A stretch of 64,000 bases of DNA from Chitinophagales bacterium (GCA_041751015.1 JBGSYF010000017.1:4913-68912), one strand, 5' to 3'; positions 9,025 to 18,096 are shown, numbered from the stretch's first letter. Numbers and translations are program-made. The notes: a model not told the origin generated them from the letters alone.

Positions 9025-11847
9025 ATGCCCCGCGACAGCTCTATAAAACACGTCCTGATCATCGGCAGCGGCCCCATCATCATCGGTCAGGCCTGCGAAT
9101 TTGACTACAGCGGCAGTCAGGCATCGCGTTCACTGAGGGAAGAAGGCATCACCGTTTCGCTGATCAACAGCAATCCGGCCACCATTATGACCGACCCGGT
9201 CACCGCCGATCACATCTACCTCAAACCCCTCAATCCGCAGAGCATCCGCGAGATTCTGGAGGCCGACCCCAGCATAGACTGCGTATTGCCGACCATGGGC
9301 GGGCAGACCGCGCTCAACCTCTGCAAAGAGAGCGAGGAGCTGGGCATATGGCAAGAATTTGGCATACGACAAATCGGCGTGGATATGGCCGCGGTCGAAC
9401 TCACCGAAAACCGCGAGGAGTTCAGAAAGCTCATGGGCCGCATCGCTGTGCCAGTGGCCCGTTCCCGCATTGCCAATTCCTTCTTAGAGGGAAAGGAGAT
9501 CGCTCAGGAAATCGGGTTGCCCATCGTCATCCGACCCTCCTATACCCTGGGCGGCTCCGGTGGTGGCATCGTCTTTGAGAAAAGCGAACTGGACGAAGCG
9601 CTCAAGCGGGGTCTGACGGCTTCCCCTACTCACGAAGTGCTGGTGGAAGAGGCGGTTCTGGGCTGGAAGGAATTTGAGCTGGAACTGCTGCGCGACAAAA
9701 ACGACAATGTCGTGATCATCTGCACGGTCGAAAACCTGGATCCGATGGGCGTTCACACCGGAGATTCCATCACGGTGGCCCCGGCCATGACGCTCAGCGA
9801 TGCGGCCTTTCAGCAGATGCGCAACATGGCTATTCTCATGATGCGTTCTCTGGGAAATTTTGCGGGCGGTTGCAATGTGCAGTTCGCCATTCGACCCAAA
9901 GACGACCACATCATAGCCGTAGAAGTCAACCCGCGGGTCTCGCGCTCCTCTGCCCTGGCCTCCAAGGCCACCGGTTACCCCATCGCCAAGATCGCCGCCA
10001 AACTGGCCATCGGCTACACGCTGCCGGAACTCAAAAACCCGGTGACTAAGACTACGTCGGCCTACTTTGAGCCAGCGCTGGACTATGTCGTGCTCAAGAT
10101 GCCCCGCTGGAATTTCGACAAGTTCAAAGGGGGCGATCACACCCTGGGCCTGCAGATGAAATCCGTTGGCGAGGTTATGGCCATCGGGCGCAGCTTTCCT
10201 GAAGCCCTTCAAAAAGCCTGCCAGAGCCTGGAGAACAACAAGATCGGGCTGGGCGCGGAGGGCATGAGAGGCTGGAATCGCATCGAGGACATCCTGGCCG
10301 GGCTGGAAAAACCCAGTTGGGACCGCATCTTTCTGATCCGCGACGCCATTGATCTGGGTGTGCCCATTAAGACCATCCAAAAACTCACCGGTATAGACCG
10401 CTGGTTCCTGCTGCAGATTCAGCAGATGGTCAAGACCGAGCACGAGCTGATGCGCTATCAATTGCACAACATTCCCGCCGAGATGCTCATGCGCGTCAAG
10501 CAACAGGGCTACAGCGACCTACAGATAGCCAACATCCTTCGCGGGGTAAGCGAAGACGAGGTCTACGCCCGTCGCAAGGAATTGGGCATAACCCGCAGCT
10601 ACAAGGTGGTGGATACCTGCGCCGCGGAGTTCGAATCCAATACGCCCTATTTCTACAGCACCTTCGAAGGGGAGAACGAAAGCCTCCCTTCGAACCGCAA
10701 AAAGATCATTGTGCTCGGCTCAGGCCCCAACCGTATTGGGCAGGGCATAGAGTTTGATTACTGCTGTGTGCACGGCATTATGGCCATCAAGGAAGCCGGA
10801 TTTGAAGCCATCATGGTCAACTGCAACCCCGAAACGGTCTCCACCGACTTTGACATTGCCGACAAGCTCTACTTTGAGCCGGTTTTTTGGGAGCACTTGC
10901 GCGAAATTGTTGATCTGGAGCAGCCCTATGGCGTCATTGTTCAATTGGGCGGCCAAACGGCCCTCAAGCTCTCCGAGAACCTGCACAACATGGGCGTTCC
11001 CATCATAGGCACCAGCTATGAAAACATGGATCTGGCCGAAGACCGGGGCCGCTTCAGTGACAAACTCAAGGAGCTCAATATCCCCTACCCCGACTACGGG
11101 GCGGCCCGCACGGTCGAAGATGCCATCAAGATCGCCAATCAGGTGGGCTATCCCGTTCTGGTCAGGCCCTCCTATGTCCTGGGAGGCCAGCGCATGCGCA
11201 TTGTGATCAACGATGAGGAGCTGGAGAGCGCCGTGATTCGCATCCTCAAGCATTTCCCGGACAACGTCATCCTGATTGACCACTTTCTGGATCGCGCCGA
11301 AGAGGCCGAGATCGATGCCATCTGCGATGGAGAGGAGGTCATGATCATGGGCGTGATGGAGCACATAGAGCCTGCTGGTATTCACTCCGGCGACTCCTCG
11401 GCTGTTCTGCCCCCGTTCAGTTTATCCGATGAGGTGATCCAGACTATGAAGGAGTACACCCACAAACTGGCACATGCCTTGCAGATCCGCGGGCTGATCA
11501 ACATTCAGTTCGCTATCAAAGATGGAAAGGTCTATGTGATCGAAGCCAACCCGCGCGCTTCCAGAACAACGCCCTTCATCGCCAAGGCCTATCAGGTGCC
11601 CTTCCTCAACATCGCCACCAAGGTCATGCTGGGCGTTAAAAAGCTCAGTGATTTTTCGGTGGAAAGGAAGCTGACTGGCTACGCGATCAAGGAACCCGTC
11701 TTCAGCTTTGACAAATTCCCAAAAGTCAACAAGGAACTCGGCCCCGAGATGAAGTCCACCGGTGAATCCATACGCTTCATCGCCGACCTCAAAGACCCGG
11801 TTTTCCGTCAGTACTACGCCGAAAAGAGCATGTATCTGAGCCGCTAA
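9025..11847 (+). CDS. carB: carbamoyl-phosphate synthase large subunit (short form without MGS-like allosteric domain)
   Basis: IKHVLIIGSGPIIIGQACEFDYSGSQ, two ATP-grasp halves (second: KKIIVLGSGPNRIGQGIEFDYCCVH), NPRVSRSSALASKATGYPIA and GPEMKSTGE. ATG 9025 is preferred over the TTG at 8974. Confidence 0.95.
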   Translation: MPRDSSIKHVLIIGSGPIIIGQACEFDYSGSQASRSLREEGITVSLINSNPATIMTDPVTADHIYLKPLNPQSIREILEADPSIDCVLPTMGGQTALNLCKESEELGIWQEFGIRQIGVDMAAVELTENREEFRKLMGRIAVPVARSRIANSFLEGKEIAQEIGLPIVIRPSYTLGGSGGGIVFEKSELDEALKRGLTASPTHEVLVEEAVLGWKEFELELLRDKNDNVVIICTVENLDPMGVHTGDSITVAPAMTLSDAAFQQMRNMAILMMRSLGNFAGGCNVQFAIRPKDDHIIAVEVNPRVSRSSALASKATGYPIAKIAAKLAIGYTLPELKNPVTKTTSAYFEPALDYVVLKMPRWNFDKFKGGDHTLGLQMKSVGEVMAIGRSFPEALQKACQSLENNKIGLGAEGMRGWNRIEDILAGLEKPSWDRIFLIRDAIDLGVPIKTIQKLTGIDRWFLLQIQQMVKTEHELMRYQLHNIPAEMLMRVKQQGYSDLQIANILRGVSEDEVYARRKELGITRSYKVVDTCAAEFESNTPYFYSTFEGENESLPSNRKKIIVLGSGPNRIGQGIEFDYCCVHGIMAIKEAGFEAIMVNCNPETVSTDFDIADKLYFEPVFWEHLREIVDLEQPYGVIVQLGGQTALKLSENLHNMGVPIIGTSYENMDLAEDRGRFSDKLKELNIPYPDYGAARTVEDAIKIANQVGYPVLVRPSYVLGGQRMRIVINDEELESAVIRILKHFPDNVILIDHFLDRAEEAEIDAICDGEEVMIMGVMEHIEPAGIHSGDSSAVLPPFSLSDEVIQTMKEYTHKLAHALQIRGLINIQFAIKDGKVYVIEANPRASRTTPFIAKAYQVPFLNIATKVMLGVKKLSDFSVERKLTGYAIKEPVFSFDKFPKVNKELGPEMKSTGESIRFIADLKDPVFRQYYAEKSMYLSR

Positions 11848-11874
11848 AAAGCGTTTTGAGCGTTTCTTTGCTGT

Positions 11875-12084
11875 ATGATCCGATTTATTCTCTGGTCTTT
11901 AGTGTTCTACGGTATCTACCGGCTGATCTGGCCGGTCAGGAGATTGAACCAAAGCAGCACTCCATATGATAGGGAGAGCGACAACGCCGCGCAGCAAGCC
12001 CCGGCAGGTGATGCCAAAGCCAGCGCTCGGTCCCGCGCAGCAGCCGTCGAAGGCGAATACATTGAGTACGAAGAAATCCGCTAA
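11875..12084 (+). CDS. DUF4834-like small membrane protein
   Basis: 69 aa with an N-terminal TM (FILWSLVFYGIY) and a C-terminal GEYIEYEEI motif, typical of DUF4834. Confidence 0.6.
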   Translation: MIRFILWSLVFYGIYRLIWPVRRLNQSSTPYDRESDNAAQQAPAGDAKASARSRAAAVEGEYIEYEEIR

Positions 12085-12312
12085 ATCGGAATCTGCGTCA
12101 CCTTTTTGCCTTGCCCTCGCGCATTTTATGCCTCGTATAGGCCATTGTCCTAATATCTGAATGGTCACAGGCATAAGAAATAGTATGCCCGCTTCGCGTA
12201 GGAGAATTTTTGCATAAAGCGTGCAAAGCCCTTCCATCTAAAGAAAAATTTGGATGGGATCTGCCAACATGCCTCCCGTCACAGCACGGCAAACTCTGCC
12301 CCCAACCTTGGC

Positions 12313-12364
12313 GGAACGCAGGGCGTAAACCTGAGCGCAAGTCTATTCTCTCTGCGTCCTTTTT
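12313..12364 (+). terminator. long hairpin plus T5 run in the leader of the lipoprotein/beta-barrel operon (terminator or attenuator-like)
   Basis: GGAACGCAG ... CTGCGTCC, an 8-bp stem with one bulged A and a ~30-nt loop, followed by TTTTT. It lies 39 nt upstream of ATG 12403. Confidence 0.35.
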
Positions 12365-12402
12365 CAATTGCGGAGGAATTTAACGAATCAATATTAATCA
12401 AT

Positions 12403-13485
12403 ATGTACAACCGATTTCGCTTCAGCGCCGCCGTTCTTCGCAAGGGAATTTATAGCGCTATGGCAGCTTGTATTGGGGGAGCAATGATGAGTTCCTGCAA
12501 TATGGCCATGAATGATATCAGCGCTCCGACCTGGCAGCCCAATATCCTCGCACCGATCGCTTACAGCAATCTGGAACTCGAAGACTTCAATGAACTCGCC
12601 GTGATCAATATGTCGGCCTATGTGCAGGCAGATGATCTCGGTCTGACCCCGGGCATCATCCCTCCCGGTCAGGATCAGCGCCGAAGCGGAGTGAGCGCCG
12701 GGCCCTATCTGATCCATTGGGTCGAAGGGGTTACCAGCGTCAAAGCCGACCAGGCAAGACTTCGCCTCAAGATCAAGAACGATATCCCCGTAGGCCTGGG
12801 CCAGGGTACAGTGCTGCGCATTGTGCAGTCCTCTACCGGCAATGTTGTTCTTGAGCACAGCATCGGTCAGGATTTGCAGGGCTACGGCAGGCTGGCGGAC
12901 TCCATCTATGTCAGCGATGTTGACTTCGCCTCCGGTTTGGAATTCTGGCTCGAAGACATGAGCATCACTCCCATTCAGGGCGAAACTATTCAGCCCGGAA
13001 GCGGCTTTCAGATCGACGCCGAAGTTCAGTTCTTCGATGTTCGCGAAGCGCGGGTGACCAGCGGAAGCCACGTAGTGTTCACCGACACCGTACCGCTGAC
13101 CATTGATCTGGCTGAAGACCTCGGACGCTACATCGCCGAAGGTGAGCTCATCCTAAAAGTTGGAAACGGCTTTCCATTTGGCGGCAGGCTGAACGCTTCC
13201 TTCATTTCCAAGAACAAAAAAAATACGATGGGCCAACTCACCCAGGAGCAGATCAGCGTGAACATTCCGGCCATCGATGCCCAGGGTTTTGCGCTGGAGT
13301 CAGCACCTACAGAAATCCGCATACCCATCAACGACGAGCAGATCCGCATCATGGCCCGCTCGGAATTTTTGGGTTTTACAGGAGAGATCTTCGCCCCATC
13401 GAGCCCCTCCAGCGTGGTGGCCAACGGCTCCCGCAGCTTCGACGTTCAACTGATTGCCGACATTAAATTCAGCGTCCAACCATGA
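12403..13485 (+). CDS. hypothetical lipoprotein
   Basis: ATG 12403 gives a signal peptide with lipobox (AACIGGAMMSSC) and is preceded by an AT-rich stretch. The stop overlaps the next start (ATGA at 13482..13485). Confidence 0.6.
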   Translation: MYNRFRFSAAVLRKGIYSAMAACIGGAMMSSCNMAMNDISAPTWQPNILAPIAYSNLELEDFNELAVINMSAYVQADDLGLTPGIIPPGQDQRRSGVSAGPYLIHWVEGVTSVKADQARLRLKIKNDIPVGLGQGTVLRIVQSSTGNVVLEHSIGQDLQGYGRLADSIYVSDVDFASGLEFWLEDMSITPIQGETIQPGSGFQIDAEVQFFDVREARVTSGSHVVFTDTVPLTIDLAEDLGRYIAEGELILKVGNGFPFGGRLNASFISKNKKNTMGQLTQEQISVNIPAIDAQGFALESAPTEIRIPINDEQIRIMARSEFLGFTGEIFAPSSPSSVVANGSRSFDVQLIADIKFSVQP

Positions 13486-14846
13486 AAAAGCAATATATTT
13501 TATTCGCCGCAGTTGTGTTGGGCCTGATGTTCCCGGCCAGCTATGTGGCAAACGCTCAGCAGGACAATTTCCTGTTGTTCTCCAGCCAGCATCAACTCTC
13601 CTCCGCTGCTGTTATGCCCTCTCAGTTTGGGGGTGGAAATGAATCGCTCTGGATCAGCCTCCCCTCTGTGCACGCCTGGGCGGGAACCGACTTCCTCAAG
13701 CGCGGTGATGCCCGTCAGATCATGCAGGGCGGAGAGATCCCCTCTGAACTGGTAGACAGGGTGATGAACGGGTTGGACAGCCGCAATTACGCGTATGCAG
13801 GTGCAGAGGTCAGCCCTTTCGCCGTGGGTTACACGGTGCGCAAGCACGGCATAGAGATGGTCACTCTGCACATGAGCTGGACCGAACAGGCCGCCATGCA
13901 GACCGTGTTTGGCGAGTACCTTCCCAAGGTGGCCTGGTACGGCAATAAGCCCTACGCCGGCAACAACATTGATCTTGGACCCATTGAGGCCAATGGGGTT
14001 TATCAGCGCAAGATTGCCATCGGCGCCGCCCTTCCCATCCTGGAAAGCGACAAGATCAATCTGAGAAGCGGTTTTAGACTGCACTACAATCAGGGTATGG
14101 CTGCGGCCTATGTTCGCCCGGCCAGAGCTGAGCTCTTCACCGCCAATGATGGCTCCTTCATCGACTACGACCTGCTGGTCAAAGCACAACTCTCCGGATT
14201 GCAGGACTTCAATCCCTTGCAGTCCATGGGACGCGGTGTAGGCGTTGACTTCAGCACATCGGCCTCCTGGATCAATGCCGAAGGACGGCAGTTCACGGCC
14301 GATGCCGGCATCAGCGATCTGGGCTTCATGCGCTTCTACGATCAGGTGGAAACCCATCGCATCAGGGGTGAGCAGGTTTTCCAGGGCTTTCAGGTCAACG
14401 ATGTGTCCAATCCTTTTGACGGCCTGAGCAGCGATACCATCAACAGCTTCTTCAGCTCTGAAAACGAGCCCGGCGGAAGCTTCGCGATGCCCATGAGCAC
14501 CCGCATGACCTTTCGCTTTGGCTACCACATCGCCCAACTCGACAACAGCGGGCGCTTGTTCAACCGCCATAGCATTTACGGAGTCTATACCCAGGGTCTG
14601 GGAGATGGTCCCATGTCCACCGTGGTTCCCGGTTTCACCGCGGCCTATGTCTGGTGTTTCAACAATATTCTTGAACTGGGATCCAGCATAGGCTATGTCA
14701 ACAGCGGACTTGACCTTGGAGGCTTTGCCTCTGTTCGGGCTGGTTCTTTCCGCTTTGGCATCGGCTCCACCGATTTTTCGGGTCTGCTGTTCAACGGTGT
14801 GCACGCTTCGGCTGATGCCAGCATGCGCATGAGCCTGGCCTTCTAA
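13482..14846 (+). CDS. putative outer-membrane beta-barrel protein, uncharacterised
   Basis: Signal peptide MKKQYILFAAVVLGLMFPASYVANAQ, alternating Gly/aromatic-rich strands and a C-terminal Phe (SMRMSLAF). The 450-aa antisense ORF is judged a shadow. Confidence 0.6.
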   Translation: MKKQYILFAAVVLGLMFPASYVANAQQDNFLLFSSQHQLSSAAVMPSQFGGGNESLWISLPSVHAWAGTDFLKRGDARQIMQGGEIPSELVDRVMNGLDSRNYAYAGAEVSPFAVGYTVRKHGIEMVTLHMSWTEQAAMQTVFGEYLPKVAWYGNKPYAGNNIDLGPIEANGVYQRKIAIGAALPILESDKINLRSGFRLHYNQGMAAAYVRPARAELFTANDGSFIDYDLLVKAQLSGLQDFNPLQSMGRGVGVDFSTSASWINAEGRQFTADAGISDLGFMRFYDQVETHRIRGEQVFQGFQVNDVSNPFDGLSSDTINSFFSSENEPGGSFAMPMSTRMTFRFGYHIAQLDNSGRLFNRHSIYGVYTQGLGDGPMSTVVPGFTAAYVWCFNNILELGSSIGYVNSGLDLGGFASVRAGSFRFGIGSTDFSGLLFNGVHASADASMRMSLAF

Positions 14847-14933
14847 CAACACATAAGAGCACTCTTCAAAGGCTGCTGACTGCGGCTGCGGGGTAGCGCT
14901 CTACTGCGATTTCTCTTTTGGCTTCTCGAAAGT

Positions 14934-14959
14934 ACAGCCGGCCCCGAAGGGCCGGCTGT
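14934..14959 (+). terminator. GC-rich stem-loop downstream of the beta-barrel gene
   Basis: A CAGCCGGCCC cgaa GGGCCGGCTG T. A perfect 10-11 bp stem with a tetraloop, 88 nt after the stop. There is no U-tract. Confidence 0.5.
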
Positions 14960-15046
14960 GCGCGTGTTAACGGCCTGATGTCGATGGCTGCTTCTCCGTT
15001 ATCTGTTGACTGCTATCGGTGTAATAATATTTACACATATAATAAA

Positions 15047-15085
15047 GAATTCGAACCCTGCCTCATTTTGGGCAAGGTTCGATTC
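15047..15085 (-). terminator. intrinsic terminator of the hydrophilic ORF (minus strand)
   Basis: A ~14-bp imperfect stem (TCGAACCCTGCC / GGCAAGGTTCGA) with an 8-nt loop. On the minus strand it is followed by TTCTTTATTATAT, and it sits 13 nt after the stop at 15098. Confidence 0.6.
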
Positions 15086-15097
15086 TTAACAATTCAG

Positions 15098-15424
15098 TTA
15101 TCGCCTGTCCGAGGTTTGCTTACCCTCGTTGCGGCTTGAATCTTTATTCTCATCCTGCTGGCCCGCTCCGCGATTGCGGTTTGAATCCTGATCCTGGGAG
15201 CCCTGGCGCTGATTGCCGGTATTGTTGTCTTCACCGCCCTGATTCACTCTTGCTAAGACTTCTTCAGATTCGCGCTTTTCCTGATCTCTTGCTCCGGTTT
15301 CCTGGGTTTTGTTCTGGCTTACTCCTTTTGGATTCTGCTGCTCGCGGTTATTGTCCGTGTTGCGATTTCCGCTTGACTGCTCATCATTCCTTTGATTGCT
15401 CTTGTCCGTTTGATTCCTATCCAT
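15098..15424 (-). CDS. 108-aa highly hydrophilic, low-complexity (N/Q/D/E/R/G/S-rich) protein, predicted disordered
   Basis: ATG preceded by an AT-rich region, with a dedicated terminator downstream. Only about 8 hydrophobic residues. The overlapping plus-strand ORF looks non-protein-like. Confidence 0.45.
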   Translation of the reverse strand: MDRNQTDKSNQRNDEQSSGNRNTDNNREQQNPKGVSQNKTQETGARDQEKRESEEVLARVNQGGEDNNTGNQRQGSQDQDSNRNRGAGQQDENKDSSRNEGKQTSDRR

Positions 15425-15562
15425 AATAAATAATATTGAAGTTGTAACGGATTTGCTACATGGGTAAATGTGAGTCTATTTTTTGGTGGAAGGGTTGCAG
15501 AATACTTAGGGAAGCTTATCAATTTATTAGATCATACCATAGCCATTCCCCTATAACACCCC

Positions 15563-15570
15563 TACCTTTG
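15563..15570 (+). promoter_or_regulatory. -7 promoter box (TACCTTTG) upstream of the GatB/YqeY-like gene
   Basis: Exact TAnnTTTG, 20 nt upstream of ATG 15591. Confidence 0.5.
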
Positions 15571-15590
15571 CCCATACAATTCAACGCAGT

Positions 15591-16040
15591 ATGTCTATTA
15601 GCGATAAATTGGCCGAAGACCTGAAAGAGGCCATGAAAGCCAAAGACCAAACCGCTCTGATGGCTTTGCGGGCAATTAAATCTGCTCTGCTACTGGCGCG
15701 CACGGCTGAAGGCGCAGGTGGTCAGGTGAGCGAAGCCGAAGAGCTCAAGATGCTCCAGAAACAGGTCAAGCAGCGCCGCGATGCAGAAGCCATCTACCGG
15801 CAACAAGGTCGCGATGACCTGGCGGACAAGGAAAATGCTGAGATTGCCATCATAGAGCGCTACCTGCCGGCCGCGATGAGCGAAACCGAGCTCAGAACGG
15901 CCTTGCAAGCCATCATTGCCCGAGTGGGTGGCAGCAGCGCAGCCGATATGGGCAAGGTTATGGGCGCTGCCAACAAAGAACTGGCCGGCAAAGCCGAGGG
16001 GCGCGCCATCTCCAGCATCGTTAAAGAACTTCTGGGCTGA
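15591..16040 (+). CDS. GatB/YqeY domain-containing protein
   Basis: MSISDKLAEDLKEAMKAKDQTALMALRAIKSALL... and IIERYLP are typical of the YqeY family. 149 aa. Confidence 0.85.
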   Translation: MSISDKLAEDLKEAMKAKDQTALMALRAIKSALLLARTAEGAGGQVSEAEELKMLQKQVKQRRDAEAIYRQQGRDDLADKENAEIAIIERYLPAAMSETELRTALQAIIARVGGSSAADMGKVMGAANKELAGKAEGRAISSIVKELLG

Positions 16041-16042
16041 GC

Positions 16043-16642
16043 ATGATCCTGGATGCAGTCCTGGGCATTCTGCTGGCCATCGCGTTTGGCTACGGCTGGA
16101 GCCGCGGACTGATTCGCTCTTTGTTGGCCCTGCTCAGCACGGTCGTGGCCCTGGTTGCGGCGATCAAACTCAGTCAGGTGGCCAGTTTCTGGCTCCGCGA
16201 TGTCGTTCAGATCAATGCTACCTGGATGCCGCTCCTGTCCATGCTGGCCGTGTTCGCGGCGGTTATGACCCTGTTTATGCTGGCCGGAAGGCTGCTTGAA
16301 TCCATGCTCCAGGCACTGGCCCTGGGCACTTTAAACCGCATTGCCGGGGGAATGGTTTACGCGGGTGCCGCAGCCTTGCTCCTGAGCACCTTGTTGTGGT
16401 ACAGCACCAGCATGAACATCATTCCCGAGCAAAACCGGGAGGGCTCCCGACTCCTGCCCGTCATGCTGACGGCTGCCCCAGCCGTAGTAGAGGGGAGCGG
16501 AAAGGTCATTCCCGCCGTTCAGGACGCCTATGGCGAGTTGGAGCGTTACTTTGGGCAATTGGCCACCGAACTGCAACCGGCTGCCAGCGATGAATCGCCG
16601 CTCAGCACACCCAACCCAAGCCCTTCGCCCGATGTCCGATAA
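16043..16642 (+). CDS. CvpA family membrane protein
   Basis: MILDAVLGILLAIAFGYGWSRGLIRSLL... with four TM segments, a CvpA-like N-terminus. Confidence 0.8.
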   Translation: MILDAVLGILLAIAFGYGWSRGLIRSLLALLSTVVALVAAIKLSQVASFWLRDVVQINATWMPLLSMLAVFAAVMTLFMLAGRLLESMLQALALGTLNRIAGGMVYAGAAALLLSTLLWYSTSMNIIPEQNREGSRLLPVMLTAAPAVVEGSGKVIPAVQDAYGELERYFGQLATELQPAASDESPLSTPNPSPSPDVR

Positions 16643-17249
16643 GCCCGGCACCGTCCTGCTATTGGACAACTACGACTCCTTCAGCTTTAATCTCCGCGAC
16701 TACCTGCTCCAGCTCGGCTGGACGGTTGAAGTGCGGCAAAACGACCGGATTGACCCGCAAGGCGTGGCAGAATTGGCCCCTCAAGCCCTGGTCATCTCAC
16801 CGGGCCCGCGCAGACCCGAGCAAGCCGGTCAACTCATGGCCGTGCTGGACGCGGTTCAGGACAGACTGCCAGTGTTGGGCATCTGCCTGGGGCATCAGGC
16901 ACTGGGTCAGTACTTTGGGGCGGAACTGGTGCACGGCGCCGAGCCGGTACACGGCAAAACCGCGATGCTTTTCCACGGAGATGATGCGCTCTTTGCCGGG
17001 CTACCCAACCCCTTTCCCGTCATGCGCTACCACTCCCTCGTGCTGGAACAGGTCCGCTCGCCACTGATTGTGCTGGCCGGAACCAGGCCAAATGGCGGGG
17101 GTGTGACCATGGCCATTCGACATACAGAAAAACCGCTCTGGGGCCTGCAATTTCACCCGGAAAGCATCGGCACTCCGAACGGGCTGGCGCTGCTGCGCAA
17201 CTGGACCCAACTCGCCATGGTTTCTTTCAAGTCGAAAATGGTATTTTAG
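16632..17249 (+). CDS. glutamine amidotransferase, anthranilate/aminodeoxychorismate synthase component II (TrpG/PabA type)
   Basis: LLLDNYDSFSFNL, GICLGHQALG (catalytic Cys), LQFHPES. ATG 16632 is preferred and overlaps the cvpA end by 11 nt. Confidence 0.85.
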   Translation: MSDKPGTVLLLDNYDSFSFNLRDYLLQLGWTVEVRQNDRIDPQGVAELAPQALVISPGPRRPEQAGQLMAVLDAVQDRLPVLGICLGHQALGQYFGAELVHGAEPVHGKTAMLFHGDDALFAGLPNPFPVMRYHSLVLEQVRSPLIVLAGTRPNGGGVTMAIRHTEKPLWGLQFHPESIGTPNGLALLRNWTQLAMVSFKSKMVF

Positions 17250-17261
17250 CGCAACGTCATT

Positions 17262-18020
17262 ATGTCTATACCCATCCGAGAAGAAGGCGACTTCCGCTAT
17301 GTCGAACAAGGCAACGGCGATGTCATTGTCGCGCTGCACGGGCTGTTCGGTGCTCTGTCCAATTTCCGCGATCTGATCCTGCATTTTCAGGACCGATACC
17401 GGGTGGCCATTCCGATGTTGCCGCTCTATACCCTGCCCCTGGACGAAACCAATTTGGCCGGATATGTCCATTACGTGGAGCGCTTTGTGGCCATGAAAGG
17501 ATACCAGAACATCATAGTCATGGGCAATTCGCTGGGCGGACATATCGGCCTGATCTATGCCCTGCGCAATCTGGACAATCTGCGCGGCCTGGTGCTCACC
17601 GGCAGCTCAGGCCTCTTTGAGAGCACGATGGGCGATACCTTCCCCAAAAAAGGCGATTATGAGTTTATCAAAAATAAAACGGCGCTGACCTTCTACGACC
17701 CGGCCTGTGCCACGAAGGAACTGGTTGACGAAGTGTATGAAATCGTCAACGACCGCGAGCGCGCATTGCGTATCATCTACACGGCCAAGTCTGCTATACG
17801 AAACAATCTGGCTGAAGACATCCACAAGATCAATTGCCCTACCCTGTTGATCTGGGGCAAACAGGACACCATCACTCCGCCATTTGTCGGCGAAGAGTTC
17901 AAGAAACTCATTCCCGATTCAGAGCTGGTTTTCCTGGACAAATGCGGCCATGCGGCTATGATGGAAAGGCCAGAGGAATTCAATGCGGCCATGGAAGAAT
18001 GGCTGGCAAAATTGCCCTGA
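17262..18020 (+). CDS. alpha/beta hydrolase
   Basis: HGLFG, nucleophile elbow GNSLGG, C-terminal GHAAMMERPEEF. Confidence 0.8.
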   Translation: MSIPIREEGDFRYVEQGNGDVIVALHGLFGALSNFRDLILHFQDRYRVAIPMLPLYTLPLDETNLAGYVHYVERFVAMKGYQNIIVMGNSLGGHIGLIYALRNLDNLRGLVLTGSSGLFESTMGDTFPKKGDYEFIKNKTALTFYDPACATKELVDEVYEIVNDRERALRIIYTAKSAIRNNLAEDIHKINCPTLLIWGKQDTITPPFVGEEFKKLIPDSELVFLDKCGHAAMMERPEEFNAAMEEWLAKLP

Positions 18021-18072
18021 AGAGCCCGACTTTGAACGAGTCTTCGACTCATTTGTTAACTGTGCGTCATAC

Positions 18073-18096
18073 GTGCCAGCTTTTGGCACTTTTTTT
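18073..18096 (+). terminator. rho-independent terminator after the hydrolase gene
   Basis: GTGCCA gcttt TGGCAC followed by T7. Confidence 0.75.

Noticed and set aside
12098-12367. 89-aa basic Cys/His-containing minus-strand ORF filling the intergenic leader
   Set aside because: It has no promoter box or signal. Its composition is odd (R/G/H/C-rich), and it overlaps the hairpins better explained as RNA structure. It cannot be excluded without conservation data.
13500-14852. 450-aa minus-strand ORF fully antisense to the beta-barrel gene
   Set aside because: Its sequence is low-complexity and Gly/Ala/His/Arg-rich, typical of a GC-driven shadow ORF. The plus-strand ORF has a signal peptide, a C-terminal Phe and ATGA coupling to its upstream gene.
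15006-15043. E. coli-style promoter (TTGACT ... TATTTA / TATAAT) pointing into the hydrophilic ORF antisense
   Set aside because: The spacing to the perfect TATAAT is too long (26 nt). Bacteroidota sigma-A uses TTTG/TAnnTTTG rather than the -35/-10 consensus. This is probably just AT-rich terminator flank.
15047-15085. tRNA-like T-arm strings (GGTTCGA / TCGAACC) suggesting a tRNA or tRNA fragment / att site
   Set aside because: The two strings are simply the arms of one hairpin. No acceptor, D or anticodon arms can be built, and no integrase is nearby.
15136-15426. 96-aa plus-strand ORF overlapping the hydrophilic minus-strand ORF
   Set aside because: Its sequence is Cys/Pro/Leu-rich and looks like nonsense. 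The terminator and AT-rich upstream region are oriented for the minus-strand ORF.
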